From a virus (taxonomy: Duplodnaviria; Caudoviricetes), in IMG/VR virus record IMGVR_UViG_3300014501_000050, positions 1 through 33,338 of that record: a stretch of 33,338 nt of DNA; one strand, given 5' to 3'. Position 1 is the first letter of the stretch, and the number at the start of each line of letters is the position of its first letter. Of this stretch, positions 18,313 to 25,972 are shown one piece after another. The position numbers were made by a program, and so were the translations under genes. The notes below the pieces were generated by a model that was not told where the DNA came from, searched no databases, and saw nothing but the letters and a program-made list of their open reading frames with translations.

Positions 18313-18666
18313 TCACGGCACCAGCGTCGCGACGCCCTTGACCGTCGCCCAGCCCGGCTCCGTCAGCGCTTGCACCGGGCCACCGGAGAACGACACGCCC
18401 TGGTCGGTCACGTACTGTCGCGCGTACATCTTGGCTGTCGCCATCGCCGTGGTGGAGAGCGAGCGGGTATACGTGCTCGGATTGCCGGTGGTCAGAATCG
18501 TGACCACGAACGACGCGATCGCGGGACCGCCAAGGTACTCGCAGAGGTTCGAGTAGAGCGTCGCACCCGTGAGATCCGTACCGATCGAGTACGACAGTTG
18601 GAAGTCGCGGCCCAGCCAGAGCGTGATGAGGTCCGGGTCGGTCGGATCGAGGTAGGGGCCGGGCAT
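18313..18666 (-). CDS. Fibre-anchoring beta-sandwich protein (BppU N-terminal-like), 117 aa
   Basis: GRDF...DLTGAT...ASFVVTI...SLS...YVTD...G.ATV pattern; precedes the collagen fibre gene. Confidence 0.55.
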   Translation of the reverse strand: MPGPYLDPTDPDLITLWLGRDFQLSYSIGTDLTGATLYSNLCEYLGGPAIASFVVTILTTGNPSTYTRSLSTTAMATAKMYARQYVTDQGVSFSGGPVQALTEPGWATVKGVATLVP

Positions 18667-18669
18667 GGG

Positions 18670-20415
18670 CTACGCCGCCTTTGCCGCTTTCGGGTCGGGC
18701 GCACCGCCGGGCGGCGTGTTCGCCGGCAGCGGTGGCAGCGTTGCGGCGGGCGGTGCGCTGCCGGGTTTGGGCGGCGTGGTGAGTGGGTTCACGCCCTGCG
18801 CGAGGAGCTGTGTCCGCGCGTCCGCGTTCGCGGCGGCTTTCGTGAGCGACTCCGTCAGCTCCTTCTCGATCACCTTGCGGTCGGTCCCCTCGGGGATCAG
18901 TCCGCGCTCGTCCAGCGATTGCATAACCAGCCCGACCGTGAGCGTCGGCGACGACGCGCCCGAGCGTCGCAACGAATCGAGCTCGGCATCAATATCGTCC
19001 ACCAGCGGCGCGAGTTCGTAGTCGTCCGGGTATTCGGCGTAACCCGAGGGCTGCGTCGTCGCGCCCCACCGCAGCTCGCAGAAGTTGATGGCCGTCGTCT
19101 CGGCCTGTTGGCGGAGTCGGGCCCGCCGCACGAGCAGCGGGCTCGTGCCCTCCGCGAACGACGCGACCTGCTTGGCGCCGCTCGACGCTTTGTCCGACGT
19201 CGCCCGCTCGACCATGAGCCGGTTGGCCTCGTCGAACTTGCTGGCGATCAGTGTCTTGAACACGTCGGCCGACACCGCGCCCTGGCTGCCGTCGTAGATC
19301 GTCACCGCGGAGACTGAGCCGTCTTCGTTCTGCACCGACGGCACCGCGATCACTTGGCTGTTACCGATCTGCTCCTTCACGGCCTGCATCGTGTCGGGAT
19401 TGGCGCCCAGGAGGAATGTCTTCGAGCTCCCTGCGTCGAACGCATCGAAGTCGCGGGACGACATGAGGTTCATGATCCCCACCGCGGCCTGCCCGAGCTC
19501 CATCGTCTGCGACCGCGCGAGTTGCGGATGGTCTGGCGTCCCCGGATCCGGCTCACTGAACACCGGGAACATCGGGATCCGGCCGCCCGTCTTCGACCAG
19601 TCGCCGGAGTCGAGGAAGGCGAGCCCCGAATTCCAGAGCCACCAGCCGCCGCCGGACCACTCGGGACCGAGCAGCTCGCACCCCTTCCGCACCATGAGGT
19701 AGTAGCCCTTCTGGTTGAGCTGCGGCATGTACAGGTTGCCGACCTCGTTCACGTACGGCTCATCGACCACCGGCCGGACCACCGCGAACTGCAGCTCGCC
19801 GTTGTGATACCACCAGTTGGTGACCTGCCGGGGCGAGTACTCCACGAAGAACGGGCGCGCGCCGGCCTGCTCGTCGGCCATCGTGATCTCGGACGTCAAG
19901 AGCGTATCGCGGCGTGGGACTTCGACCATCACCCAGCGGAAGCCCGTGGCCTCCGCGCGATCGAACACCCCATCCCACCACACAGCCCACTCGGAGGCGT
20001 CCTGTCCGATCCCATCGACGTTGTAGTAGAGGAGCTCGGCCCGACTCGGCGTGGTGTTGATCTTCCCCCGCGTCCGCACATCGCCCAGCGCACCGAAGGA
20101 CAGGCCCGACCCGGGTTTGGGCCGCTTCTTCGAGACGTGGCCGGTGATGAGCGAGCTATGGAGCTTCGGGAGATTGATGTAGGTGGCGTAGGACAGGCGC
20201 GACGTGTAGTGCGGCCCGTCCTCCAGCTCGTAATCGAATCGGACGAGCTCTTTGAGCACGGCGTCGCCGCCGTAGAGCCGTTCCTCTTCGCGCTTCCAGT
20301 GCTTGTTCTGCTGGTCGTAGATCGGGTTGGTAGTGGCCAGGAACGCCGCGGTGGGCGCTTTCGCGGCCTGCGCGAGACTGCCGCCGGGGATGATCGTGAG
20401 GGCGGGACCGGTCAC
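18670..20415 (-). CDS. Portal protein, 581 aa
   Basis: Follows terL; size; Y..RL..ATYINLP motif; Pro-rich C-terminal tail. Confidence 0.85.
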   Translation of the reverse strand: MTGPALTIIPGGSLAQAAKAPTAAFLATTNPIYDQQNKHWKREEERLYGGDAVLKELVRFDYELEDGPHYTSRLSYATYINLPKLHSSLITGHVSKKRPKPGSGLSFGALGDVRTRGKINTTPSRAELLYYNVDGIGQDASEWAVWWDGVFDRAEATGFRWVMVEVPRRDTLLTSEITMADEQAGARPFFVEYSPRQVTNWWYHNGELQFAVVRPVVDEPYVNEVGNLYMPQLNQKGYYLMVRKGCELLGPEWSGGGWWLWNSGLAFLDSGDWSKTGGRIPMFPVFSEPDPGTPDHPQLARSQTMELGQAAVGIMNLMSSRDFDAFDAGSSKTFLLGANPDTMQAVKEQIGNSQVIAVPSVQNEDGSVSAVTIYDGSQGAVSADVFKTLIASKFDEANRLMVERATSDKASSGAKQVASFAEGTSPLLVRRARLRQQAETTAINFCELRWGATTQPSGYAEYPDDYELAPLVDDIDAELDSLRRSGASSPTLTVGLVMQSLDERGLIPEGTDRKVIEKELTESLTKAAANADARTQLLAQGVNPLTTPPKPGSAPPAATLPPLPANTPPGGAPDPKAAKAA

Positions 20416-20552
20416 GAGGCAGCGGGGGCTGGGGCCTGCCTACGCGGGCCACCGAGGACGATGCGCCAGTGGTAGAACAGCCATTGCTCGAATGGCAGTG
20501 CGACGCCCGGGGACTGCTGGTGCATCGCGCAGGGGTACCACCACGGCAGCAT
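20412..20552 (-). CDS. Putative 46-aa aromatic-rich peptide coupled to the portal gene
   Basis: MLPWWYPCAMHQQSPGVALPFEQWLFYHWRIVLGGPRRQAPAPAAS; its TGA overlaps the portal GTG (GTGA). Confidence 0.45.
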   Translation of the reverse strand: MLPWWYPCAMHQQSPGVALPFEQWLFYHWRIVLGGPRRQAPAPAAS

Positions 20553-20687
20553 GGCGAGTCTCGCGTCGGTAATGGCGCGTGGTCGTCGGGCGATGGTCGG
20601 TGAACGCGGTCGTGCGAGCTGGTGCGCGGGACGCGAGCGAGGTACGACGTGCTCAAGCGTGCGAGGCGCTATGCGCTTACCTGCGGC

Positions 20688-22208
20688 CTACCACTTCACA
20701 TACGACTTCGCGTATTCGCCGGGCTGGAACACCCGCGTCAGCGACTTCGGGAGATCGAACATCGCCATGATGAGGGCATCGGCCTCATTCGGCGACTTCC
20801 CGAGCTTGTCCTTCATCTTCTCCTTGCTGTCCACGATGATCACGCGATCGCGGAGATAATCGTATTCGGGTGCGAGGAGTTGCTTCACCAAGTCCGGCAC
20901 CTTCTCGATGATCTGTGCCGGGATCTTGAACTGCCCTAATCTGAGCTTTTCCTTCGCCTCCCACCAGGCTTGACTACGGAGGTTAGCGAAGGATAACACC
21001 GACTCGGGCGCGCGTTTGCCTTTCTCTCGTGGAGTCTCGTCGAGCCGCCGGTCCACGGCCGACGCGCCGGCCACGAACTCGACGATCTTGTGGCCCGCGG
21101 CCACCATGTTGTCGGCCACCCCCGCGCCCACCCCAACCGAATCGACGCGGTACTGCGCCGGCTTGATGCCGTTGAGGATGAGGCGCGACCCGGCCAGCGT
21201 CGAGATCTCGGTGATCCCCATGTCGTGATACGTGGTGAGCTCGACCAGGCAGTTGCCCTTGATGCGCGCGAAACAGGTGTCGTCGTCGCCGTACCGGGCG
21301 ACATCCACGGCCTCGCGGCCGTCCGCGCCCACCCGGTCCACCTCCGTCGCGGCGCGGATCCAATCGTACTGGATGAGCTGTTTGGGGTTGATGATCCGGC
21401 CCCAATCGCCCTCCACGAACCGCGCTTTCTCGGCCGGTGGCAGCTCCTCCCAATTCTCGCGCTGGTCGTCCGTGACGTAGGGGTTATCGAGATGCGTTGC
21501 CGGGAGGTAGTAGTACGGCGGCTTGAGTGTGCCAGCCTCATACGGCTCGTAGAACAGCGTCCGGGGCCAGTTATCGCACGGGTTGAAGGTACAGAGGATC
21601 CGGGACGCCGGCTGTACCGGGGGCGAGCCATCCTTGCCCTTGGGTACGATCCACGCGCCCGAGCGCTCGATCGCTTTGTGGAAGGTGCGCTCCGAGAGCT
21701 CGTTCGCCTCCTCGAGCAGGAAGCCGTTCACCTCGAGTCCGCGCCAGCGGTCGAGCTCCGGGTCGTCCTGCAACGATTCCGGGAAGAAGACGATCTCCGA
21801 TCCGTTGGCGCAGGGCGCGATCCATTCGGTGCGATTGATCTCACCGACGAACCCGCTGCACGTCTCGCGGAGCTTGTTGAATGACGGGATCGTGTTGCGC
21901 TTGAGGGTCGGGAGATCCATGCGCACGATCGCCCACCGCGAGCGCGGGTAGATCCGGCAGAGCGTGATGAGGGTGATGAGCGTCGCCCAGGTTTTGGAAC
22001 CGCGGATCCCACCACCCATCGCCAGGAACCGGTACGGCCCGGCGAACACGGCTTCGAGGAGCACGTCCTGAATCGTGGTGGTGGTGAGCGTCGCCGGGAT
22101 CGCCGCGCGCTCATCGGCCTCAGCCTGTTTCGCGGCACGCGCGGCCTGCGCGGACTTCACGTTCTCGCGGCCGGCGCGGACCCGGGCCGGTGTCCGGGTG
22201 TCACTCAC
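20688..22208 (-). CDS. terL: Terminase large subunit, about 506 aa
   Basis: Walker A GGGIRGSKT, Walker B FLLEEANE, motif III CTFNP, nuclease AVDVARYGDD and SPNEADAL; GTGA-coupled start at 22208. Confidence 0.95.
   Translation of the reverse strand: MSDTRTPARVRAGRENVKSAQAARAAKQAEADERAAIPATLTTTTIQDVLLEAVFAGPYRFLAMGGGIRGSKTWATLITLITLCRIYPRSRWAIVRMDLPTLKRNTIPSFNKLRETCSGFVGEINRTEWIAPCANGSEIVFFPESLQDDPELDRWRGLEVNGFLLEEANELSERTFHKAIERSGAWIVPKGKDGSPPVQPASRILCTFNPCDNWPRTLFYEPYEAGTLKPPYYYLPATHLDNPYVTDDQRENWEELPPAEKARFVEGDWGRIINPKQLIQYDWIRAATEVDRVGADGREAVDVARYGDDDTCFARIKGNCLVELTTYHDMGITEISTLAGSRLILNGIKPAQYRVDSVGVGAGVADNMVAAGHKIVEFVAGASAVDRRLDETPREKGKRAPESVLSFANLRSQAWWEAKEKLRLGQFKIPAQIIEKVPDLVKQLLAPEYDYLRDRVIIVDSKEKMKDKLGKSPNEADALIMAMFDLPKSLTRVFQPGEYAKSYVKW
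21333..21401. repeat. Inverted repeat arm A (inside terL), partner 23092-23160
   Basis: 50/69 nt identical, ungapped, to the reverse complement of arm B. Confidence 0.85.
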
Positions 22209-22471
22209 ATCGCGTCCGTGGCGACGCTGCGCACGAGATGCACGTGCCAGCCGCAGTCCGCGTAGCCGCAGCGGATGGAATCGGCGCCGTCCCGCGCGGG
22301 ATTGACCGCCGTGATGGTGCCGTCGTCGTGCTCGATGATCTCGTGGGGTAGCGTGATCTCGCGGTGGCAGCCGCCGCACACGGTCAGGTACCGCTCGCTG
22401 CCGTTCGGGCCGGCCAGTCGGTCGATCGCGATCGCGGTCCCGCGGTACACGAATCCCCACGGGCGTCCCAC
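22205..22471 (-). CDS. Small Zn-binding protein (DUF6527-like), 88 aa
   Basis: CGGC...DGTIT...SIRC...DCGWH motif; coupled to terL. Confidence 0.6.
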   Translation of the reverse strand: MGRPWGFVYRGTAIAIDRLAGPNGSERYLTVCGGCHREITLPHEIIEHDDGTITAVNPARDGADSIRCGYADCGWHVHLVRSVATDAM

Positions 22472-22479
22472 GGCTGCCC

Positions 22480-23076
22480 CTAGAAGTCGAGCCGGTGTCC
22501 GCCGATCACCCAGGACTGCGGCGTCATGTCCTTGATCTCAACGCGATCGACGAGTAGCCCGAGGTGCTTCATCGCGAGCCCGAGCGCCTTGGTCTTATCC
22601 CACAGCCGGAACTCGATCTCGTGCTCCCGGTCGTAGCCGCCGCTGGCGTTCTTCACGTAGCGGGTCTTGCGCTTGACGCCGGCCACCGCGCGCGTGGCCC
22701 GCGGCTGGGCGCCCGGTGCGAGCATCACACGGCCGCCGCGCACCCGGTAGTCCGCGAGATCGCTGAACACGTTGGTGGCCAGCTCCGCGAGCACCCGTTT
22801 CTGCGTGAGCCGGTAGCGGTGGCGCATGGGCGCGGTGGCCGCCTCGATCGCCGCCTGGATGCGCGGGTCCTTGAGCAACTCCGACGCGGTGGACTTGGCG
22901 CTCCGCTTGGAGTAGCCGGCCGCGAGCGCCGCCGCGGTGGCGTTCCGCGTGGGGTCAGCGAGATAGGCGCGGATGAACGCGCGTCGCCGGCTCCGGACCG
23001 TGGCGTACTCGCTGGTCTTCCCGATGAGTGCGCGCCGGCCAATCCGGACCGCAGCGATCTCGTGCGGCGCAGTCAT
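22480..23076 (-). CDS. terS: Terminase small subunit, 198 aa
   Basis: RRAFIRAYL...NATAAALAAGYSKRSAKSTASELLKDPRIQAAI HTH signature; DKTKALGLAMKHLGL. Confidence 0.92.
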   Translation of the reverse strand: MTAPHEIAAVRIGRRALIGKTSEYATVRSRRRAFIRAYLADPTRNATAAALAAGYSKRSAKSTASELLKDPRIQAAIEAATAPMRHRYRLTQKRVLAELATNVFSDLADYRVRGGRVMLAPGAQPRATRAVAGVKRKTRYVKNASGGYDREHEIEFRLWDKTKALGLAMKHLGLLVDRVEIKDMTPQSWVIGGHRLDF

Positions 23077-23079
23077 CGG

Positions 23080-23400
23080 CTACCTGAGTCTGGCCACGTC
23101 GTCAGCCCGAAGCAGCTCATCCAATACGGCCGGATCCGCGGCACTCCGGAGGTTGGTCGATTCTGCCGGCATCTCGATCTTGAGGACGTTCGCGGCCTGG
23201 AGGCCCTTCTCGGTCTCCTCGAGGTCGAATTCCACCTTGTCGTGCTCGTCGAGTTTCCGGTGCCGGTGGGGTTGGCCGGGCATCTGGATGGCGGAGAAGT
23301 GGACGAACACGTCTCGCTCGCCGTCGTCGCGTACGATGAAGCCGTAACCTTTCTCGTCATTGAACCACTTCACCGTGCCGGATAGTCGTGGGGATGCCAT
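23080..23400 (-). CDS. csp: Cold-shock domain protein with about 30-aa C-terminal extension, 106 aa
   Basis: [15 protein letters not shown] (RNP1), DVFVHFSAI (RNP2), KGLQAANV; GAGGA RBS. Confidence 0.95.
   Translation of the reverse strand: MASPRLSGTVKWFNDEKGYGFIVRDDGERDVFVHFSAIQMPGQPHRHRKLDEHDKVEFDLEETEKGLQAANVLKIEMPAESTNLRSAADPAVLDELLRADDVARLR
23092..23160. repeat. Inverted repeat arm B (3' extension of csp), antisense to terL 21333-21401
   Basis: Plus strand translates [23 protein letters not shown] versus TerL GRIINPKQLIQYDWIRAATEVDR. Confidence 0.85.
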
Positions 23401-23418
23401 GCGTCCTCTGGGTTGGGG

Positions 23419-23721
23419 TTAGTCGTCGTCGTCGGGTGACCACGCCGGTTTCGCGACCTTGTTCTCGGCCTTGATCGCCTCGTTGAGGTCGCGCTCCCGT
23501 TTACGGTGCGCGACCGTCTGCTCGGTCACACCGGCGATATTGGCCACACGGTACGTGACCTCTCCGCCGTCGAGCGTCCGGAAGGTGATCCAGACCTCGG
23601 CGGGCGGCGTGGTCAGCAGCTTCTGGATGCTGCGGCCTTCCTCGGCCGACACGATGAAGTAGCCGTCCGGGATTAGGCACACGGACCAGTAGTCGCCGAC
23701 TTCCTCGTCGCCGGGCGTCAT
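23419..23721 (-). CDS. Hypothetical protein, 100 aa
   Basis: AGGA RBS, typical codon bias, acidic tail. Confidence 0.7.
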   Translation of the reverse strand: MTPGDEEVGDYWSVCLIPDGYFIVSAEEGRSIQKLLTTPPAEVWITFRTLDGGEVTYRVANIAGVTEQTVAHRKRERDLNEAIKAENKVAKPAWSPDDDD

Positions 23722-23730
23722 ATGCCGGTC

Positions 23731-23901
23731 CTACTGCCAGCCATAGAACCAGTGGCCCCACCATCCCAGCGCCCAGCAATGGAGCCGTCCGAGCCATCCG
23801 CCTCCGCCGCCCCATGTGGGCCGAAAGACAACGCGCGGCCATCTCCGGAACGGAGACGACAGTGGCAGCGGGGCGCCCAAATCAGTGCGATTGCGCTTCA
23901 T
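23731..23901 (-). CDS. Trp/Gly-rich peptide, 56 aa (below ORF-track cutoff)
   Basis: GAGG-5nt-ATG; fills the gap between neighbours; MKRNRTDLGAPLPLSSPFRRWPRVVFRPTWGGGGGWLGRLHCWALGWWGHWFYGWQ. Confidence 0.5.
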   Translation of the reverse strand: MKRNRTDLGAPLPLSSPFRRWPRVVFRPTWGGGGGWLGRLHCWALGWWGHWFYGWQ

Positions 23902-23908
23902 GGGAACC

Positions 23909-24115
23909 TCATATGTGGATGATCGCGCGCACGGCCGACAGCGACCGCTCTAGGTCGTGCGCGCAGTCGCGGAGCGCGGTGGCGCGGGCGAGTGCGTACG
24001 GCGTATCGACCTGCGCGGCGCAGGTATCGGCTTTCGCACGCCAGCCCGTGATCAGCATCGCCAGCGGGTTAGTGAGCACTTCGATCGGCGTGGTGCGGCC
24101 GGTGCGGGTGCTCAC
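23909..24115 (-). CDS. Hypothetical protein, 68 aa
   Basis: GTGA-coupled start; LITGWRAKAD...ATALRDCAHDLE helical motif. Confidence 0.6.
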   Translation of the reverse strand: MSTRTGRTTPIEVLTNPLAMLITGWRAKADTCAAQVDTPYALARATALRDCAHDLERSLSAVRAIIHI

Positions 24116-24306
24116 GAGAAATGCCCGAGCACTTCGAGGTAGATCGGACCGACCCGAATCCGGAGACCGCAGGCGGGGCCGAGCCAGCAGTCGAGGCCGA
24201 GACCCCACGTCTTCAGGGAAGCGCCAGCGGTGCAGTAGAACCCGCCGGCCGCGGACGTCGCCGCGGCCATCATCGCAGAGCGGCTGAGATGCGCGGTGTA
24301 TCTCAC
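24112..24306 (-). CDS. Hypothetical protein, 64 aa
   Basis: GTGA overlaps on both sides. Confidence 0.5.
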   Translation of the reverse strand: MRYTAHLSRSAMMAAATSAAGGFYCTAGASLKTWGLGLDCWLGPACGLRIRVGPIYLEVLGHFS

Positions 24307-24521
24307 GGCTTCCGCTCCGTGCCTTCCGCGAAGCGCTGGCCGGATCGGCGTGCCGCGACGCGGGTGGCCTCGCGCTCGCTCCAGGACGCCGGCAGTCGGT
24401 CACCGTGTCGGCGCTCGAACCAGCGGGTGATGCGGTCCGCGATCCACGCGACGAGCCCGATCACCACAACGAGCATGACGGCGCAGACGACTGCCCAGAG
24501 CAGTTCCCCCGCGAGGCTCAC
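24303..24521 (-). CDS. Single-TM protein, 72 aa
   Basis: LLWAVVCAVMLVVVIGLVAWIA; GTGA coupling. Confidence 0.6.
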   Translation of the reverse strand: MSLAGELLWAVVCAVMLVVVIGLVAWIADRITRWFERRHGDRLPASWSEREATRVAARRSGQRFAEGTERKP

Positions 24522-24757
24522 CCGTCAGCTATCGGTAACTCTCCGATCGCGGGATCTGCGACGCCCTTGGGGGGCGTGGTGGACTCCATCTGGCGAATCA
24601 CAGCGGCCCAATCGTCGCCAAGGCCAACGAGCGCGTGCCTGAACTCGGCGAGTTTCGCGCCGACCGTCGGCATCGCCTTCAGCAGCCGCAACATCGTGGC
24701 GCGCGGCGAGATACTCCGCATCACATAGCCGCGCCGACGCCGTGTGCGGAGACTCAC
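24518..24757 (-). CDS. Hypothetical protein, 79 aa
   Basis: GTGA overlaps on both sides. Confidence 0.55.
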   Translation of the reverse strand: MSLRTRRRRGYVMRSISPRATMLRLLKAMPTVGAKLAEFRHALVGLGDDWAAVIRQMESTTPPKGVADPAIGELPIADG

Positions 24758-25026
24758 TCGCCAGTCTCGGCCAGCGGGATCGGCGGGTGCATCTTGAGGC
24801 CCACCCAGTGATCAGGATCACCGGGCTCGCGCTTGAACACGATTTCCGCCCCGTTCTTCATCTCCAACACCACATCGTCGACGACGGCAGGCTGAGCGGC
24901 CGCCGCCTCGCCAGTCGCCACCCACTGGTTGAGCGCGTTCTTGGTCACGGGCTGGCCGCAGTCGTGGCAGACGCAGCCGGTCCCGCCGACGTAGTCGATG
25001 ACGCCCGAGTGTGCGCAGGAGGGCAT
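24754..25026 (-). CDS. Hypothetical Zn-finger protein, 90 aa
   Basis: CAH...CVCHDCG; tight packing. Confidence 0.6.
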   Translation of the reverse strand: MPSCAHSGVIDYVGGTGCVCHDCGQPVTKNALNQWVATGEAAAAQPAVVDDVVLEMKNGAEIVFKREPGDPDHWVGLKMHPPIPLAETGE

Positions 25027-25027
25027 A

Positions 25028-25237
25028 TCAGCCTGACCGCTCAGGTGCTTCGCCGGTCACAGCGTCCACTTGTTCGATGCAGTATTCGCAGTCGCATTGC
25101 TGCCTCACGGGAAAGCGCCAGCATCCGCAGGCGGGACGGTCCACAGCCACGTTGGGTGTCCTGAGCCGATACCGCCGATTGCTGCAGCATTGACACGGAC
25201 AGGTATCAGGCGGTTGGTTCTCGTACACACGCCCCAA
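25028..25237 (-). CDS. Cys-rich hypothetical protein, about 69 aa (start uncertain)
   Basis: CPCQCC...CGC...CDCEYC; stop 1 nt before the next ATG. Confidence 0.5.
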   Translation of the reverse strand: MGRVYENQPPDTCPCQCCSNRRYRLRTPNVAVDRPACGCWRFPVRQQCDCEYCIEQVDAVTGEAPERSG

Positions 25238-25271
25238 GCTACTGCGCCACGGGCGTTTGCGACAGGCTGGG

Positions 25272-25586
25272 CTAGTCGTTCAGCTTTGCGATGGCTTCGA
25301 GTTTTGCCGTCGCTTCGGGGATCGGATCACGCGATGAGCCATAGCCACGCAACGCGGCGAGCACCGCGCGGGCCTCGCGCGGCGAGAGGGACAGTCTGGC
25401 GAAACGCTCGATGCCGGCTTGCAGTTGCTCGATGTATTCGCGCATTGCGACGATGGTTGCCTGTTCATAGGCGCCATCGCGGTAGGCAGCTTCCACCTCG
25501 CGAGCGATGTCCTCCTGCAGGTCAGGTGGCGTCGGATCATTCCAATCGCCCCCGCTCCGAAACGTCGGATCGTCCGCGTCAGCCAC
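25272..25586 (-). CDS. Hypothetical helical protein, 104 aa
   Basis: GTGGCTGA 8-nt overlap start (MADADDPT...). Confidence 0.6.
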   Translation of the reverse strand: MADADDPTFRSGGDWNDPTPPDLQEDIAREVEAAYRDGAYEQATIVAMREYIEQLQAGIERFARLSLSPREARAVLAALRGYGSSRDPIPEATAKLEAIAKLND

Positions 25587-25764
25587 GGCCAAGCTCGCGA
25601 TGCTTGAACACGGTTGGGTTGTCGGCGGTGCCACCGCCAGCGTAGGTCGGAGGGCCGCCGTCCGCGATTGCCCATCCGCATTTCGCGCATCTGCGGACCA
25701 CAAAGTCGCCGGATTGTTCCGGCTCGCCTAGCTCGTGCTCGCACGTCTCGTTGTCGTCAGCCAC
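25579..25764 (-). CDS. Hypothetical Zn-finger protein, 61 aa
   Basis: CEH...CAKCG; GGGGGAG RBS. Confidence 0.6.
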   Translation of the reverse strand: MADDNETCEHELGEPEQSGDFVVRRCAKCGWAIADGGPPTYAGGGTADNPTVFKHRELGRG

Positions 25765-25972
25765 CGCGCTCCCCCTGTCGGATGATCTCGTTTCCCTGGC
25801 CGCTCCCCAACGCGTGACCGTCGCCGATCACACTGACTTCCGCGCCGCGGTCCAGCACTCGGATCTTGCCCACAGCCTCGAACAGTGCGTTCGCGTAGTC
25901 GTTGCGGTCGGCCAACCCTTCGGCCCGTGCGTGCTCCCACAGCCGTTCGAGCGCGAGCTGGTAGCGATTCAC
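25757..25972 (-). CDS. Hypothetical protein, 71 aa
   Basis: GTGA-coupled. Confidence 0.6.
   Translation of the reverse strand: MNRYQLALERLWEHARAEGLADRNDYANALFEAVGKIRVLDRGAEVSVIGDGHALGSGQGNEIIRQGERGG

Noticed and set aside
21333-23160. csp/terL repeat as a diversity-generating retroelement TR/VR pair
   Set aside because: Only 7 of 19 mismatches are at adenines of the terL strand, and no reverse transcriptase is in the window.
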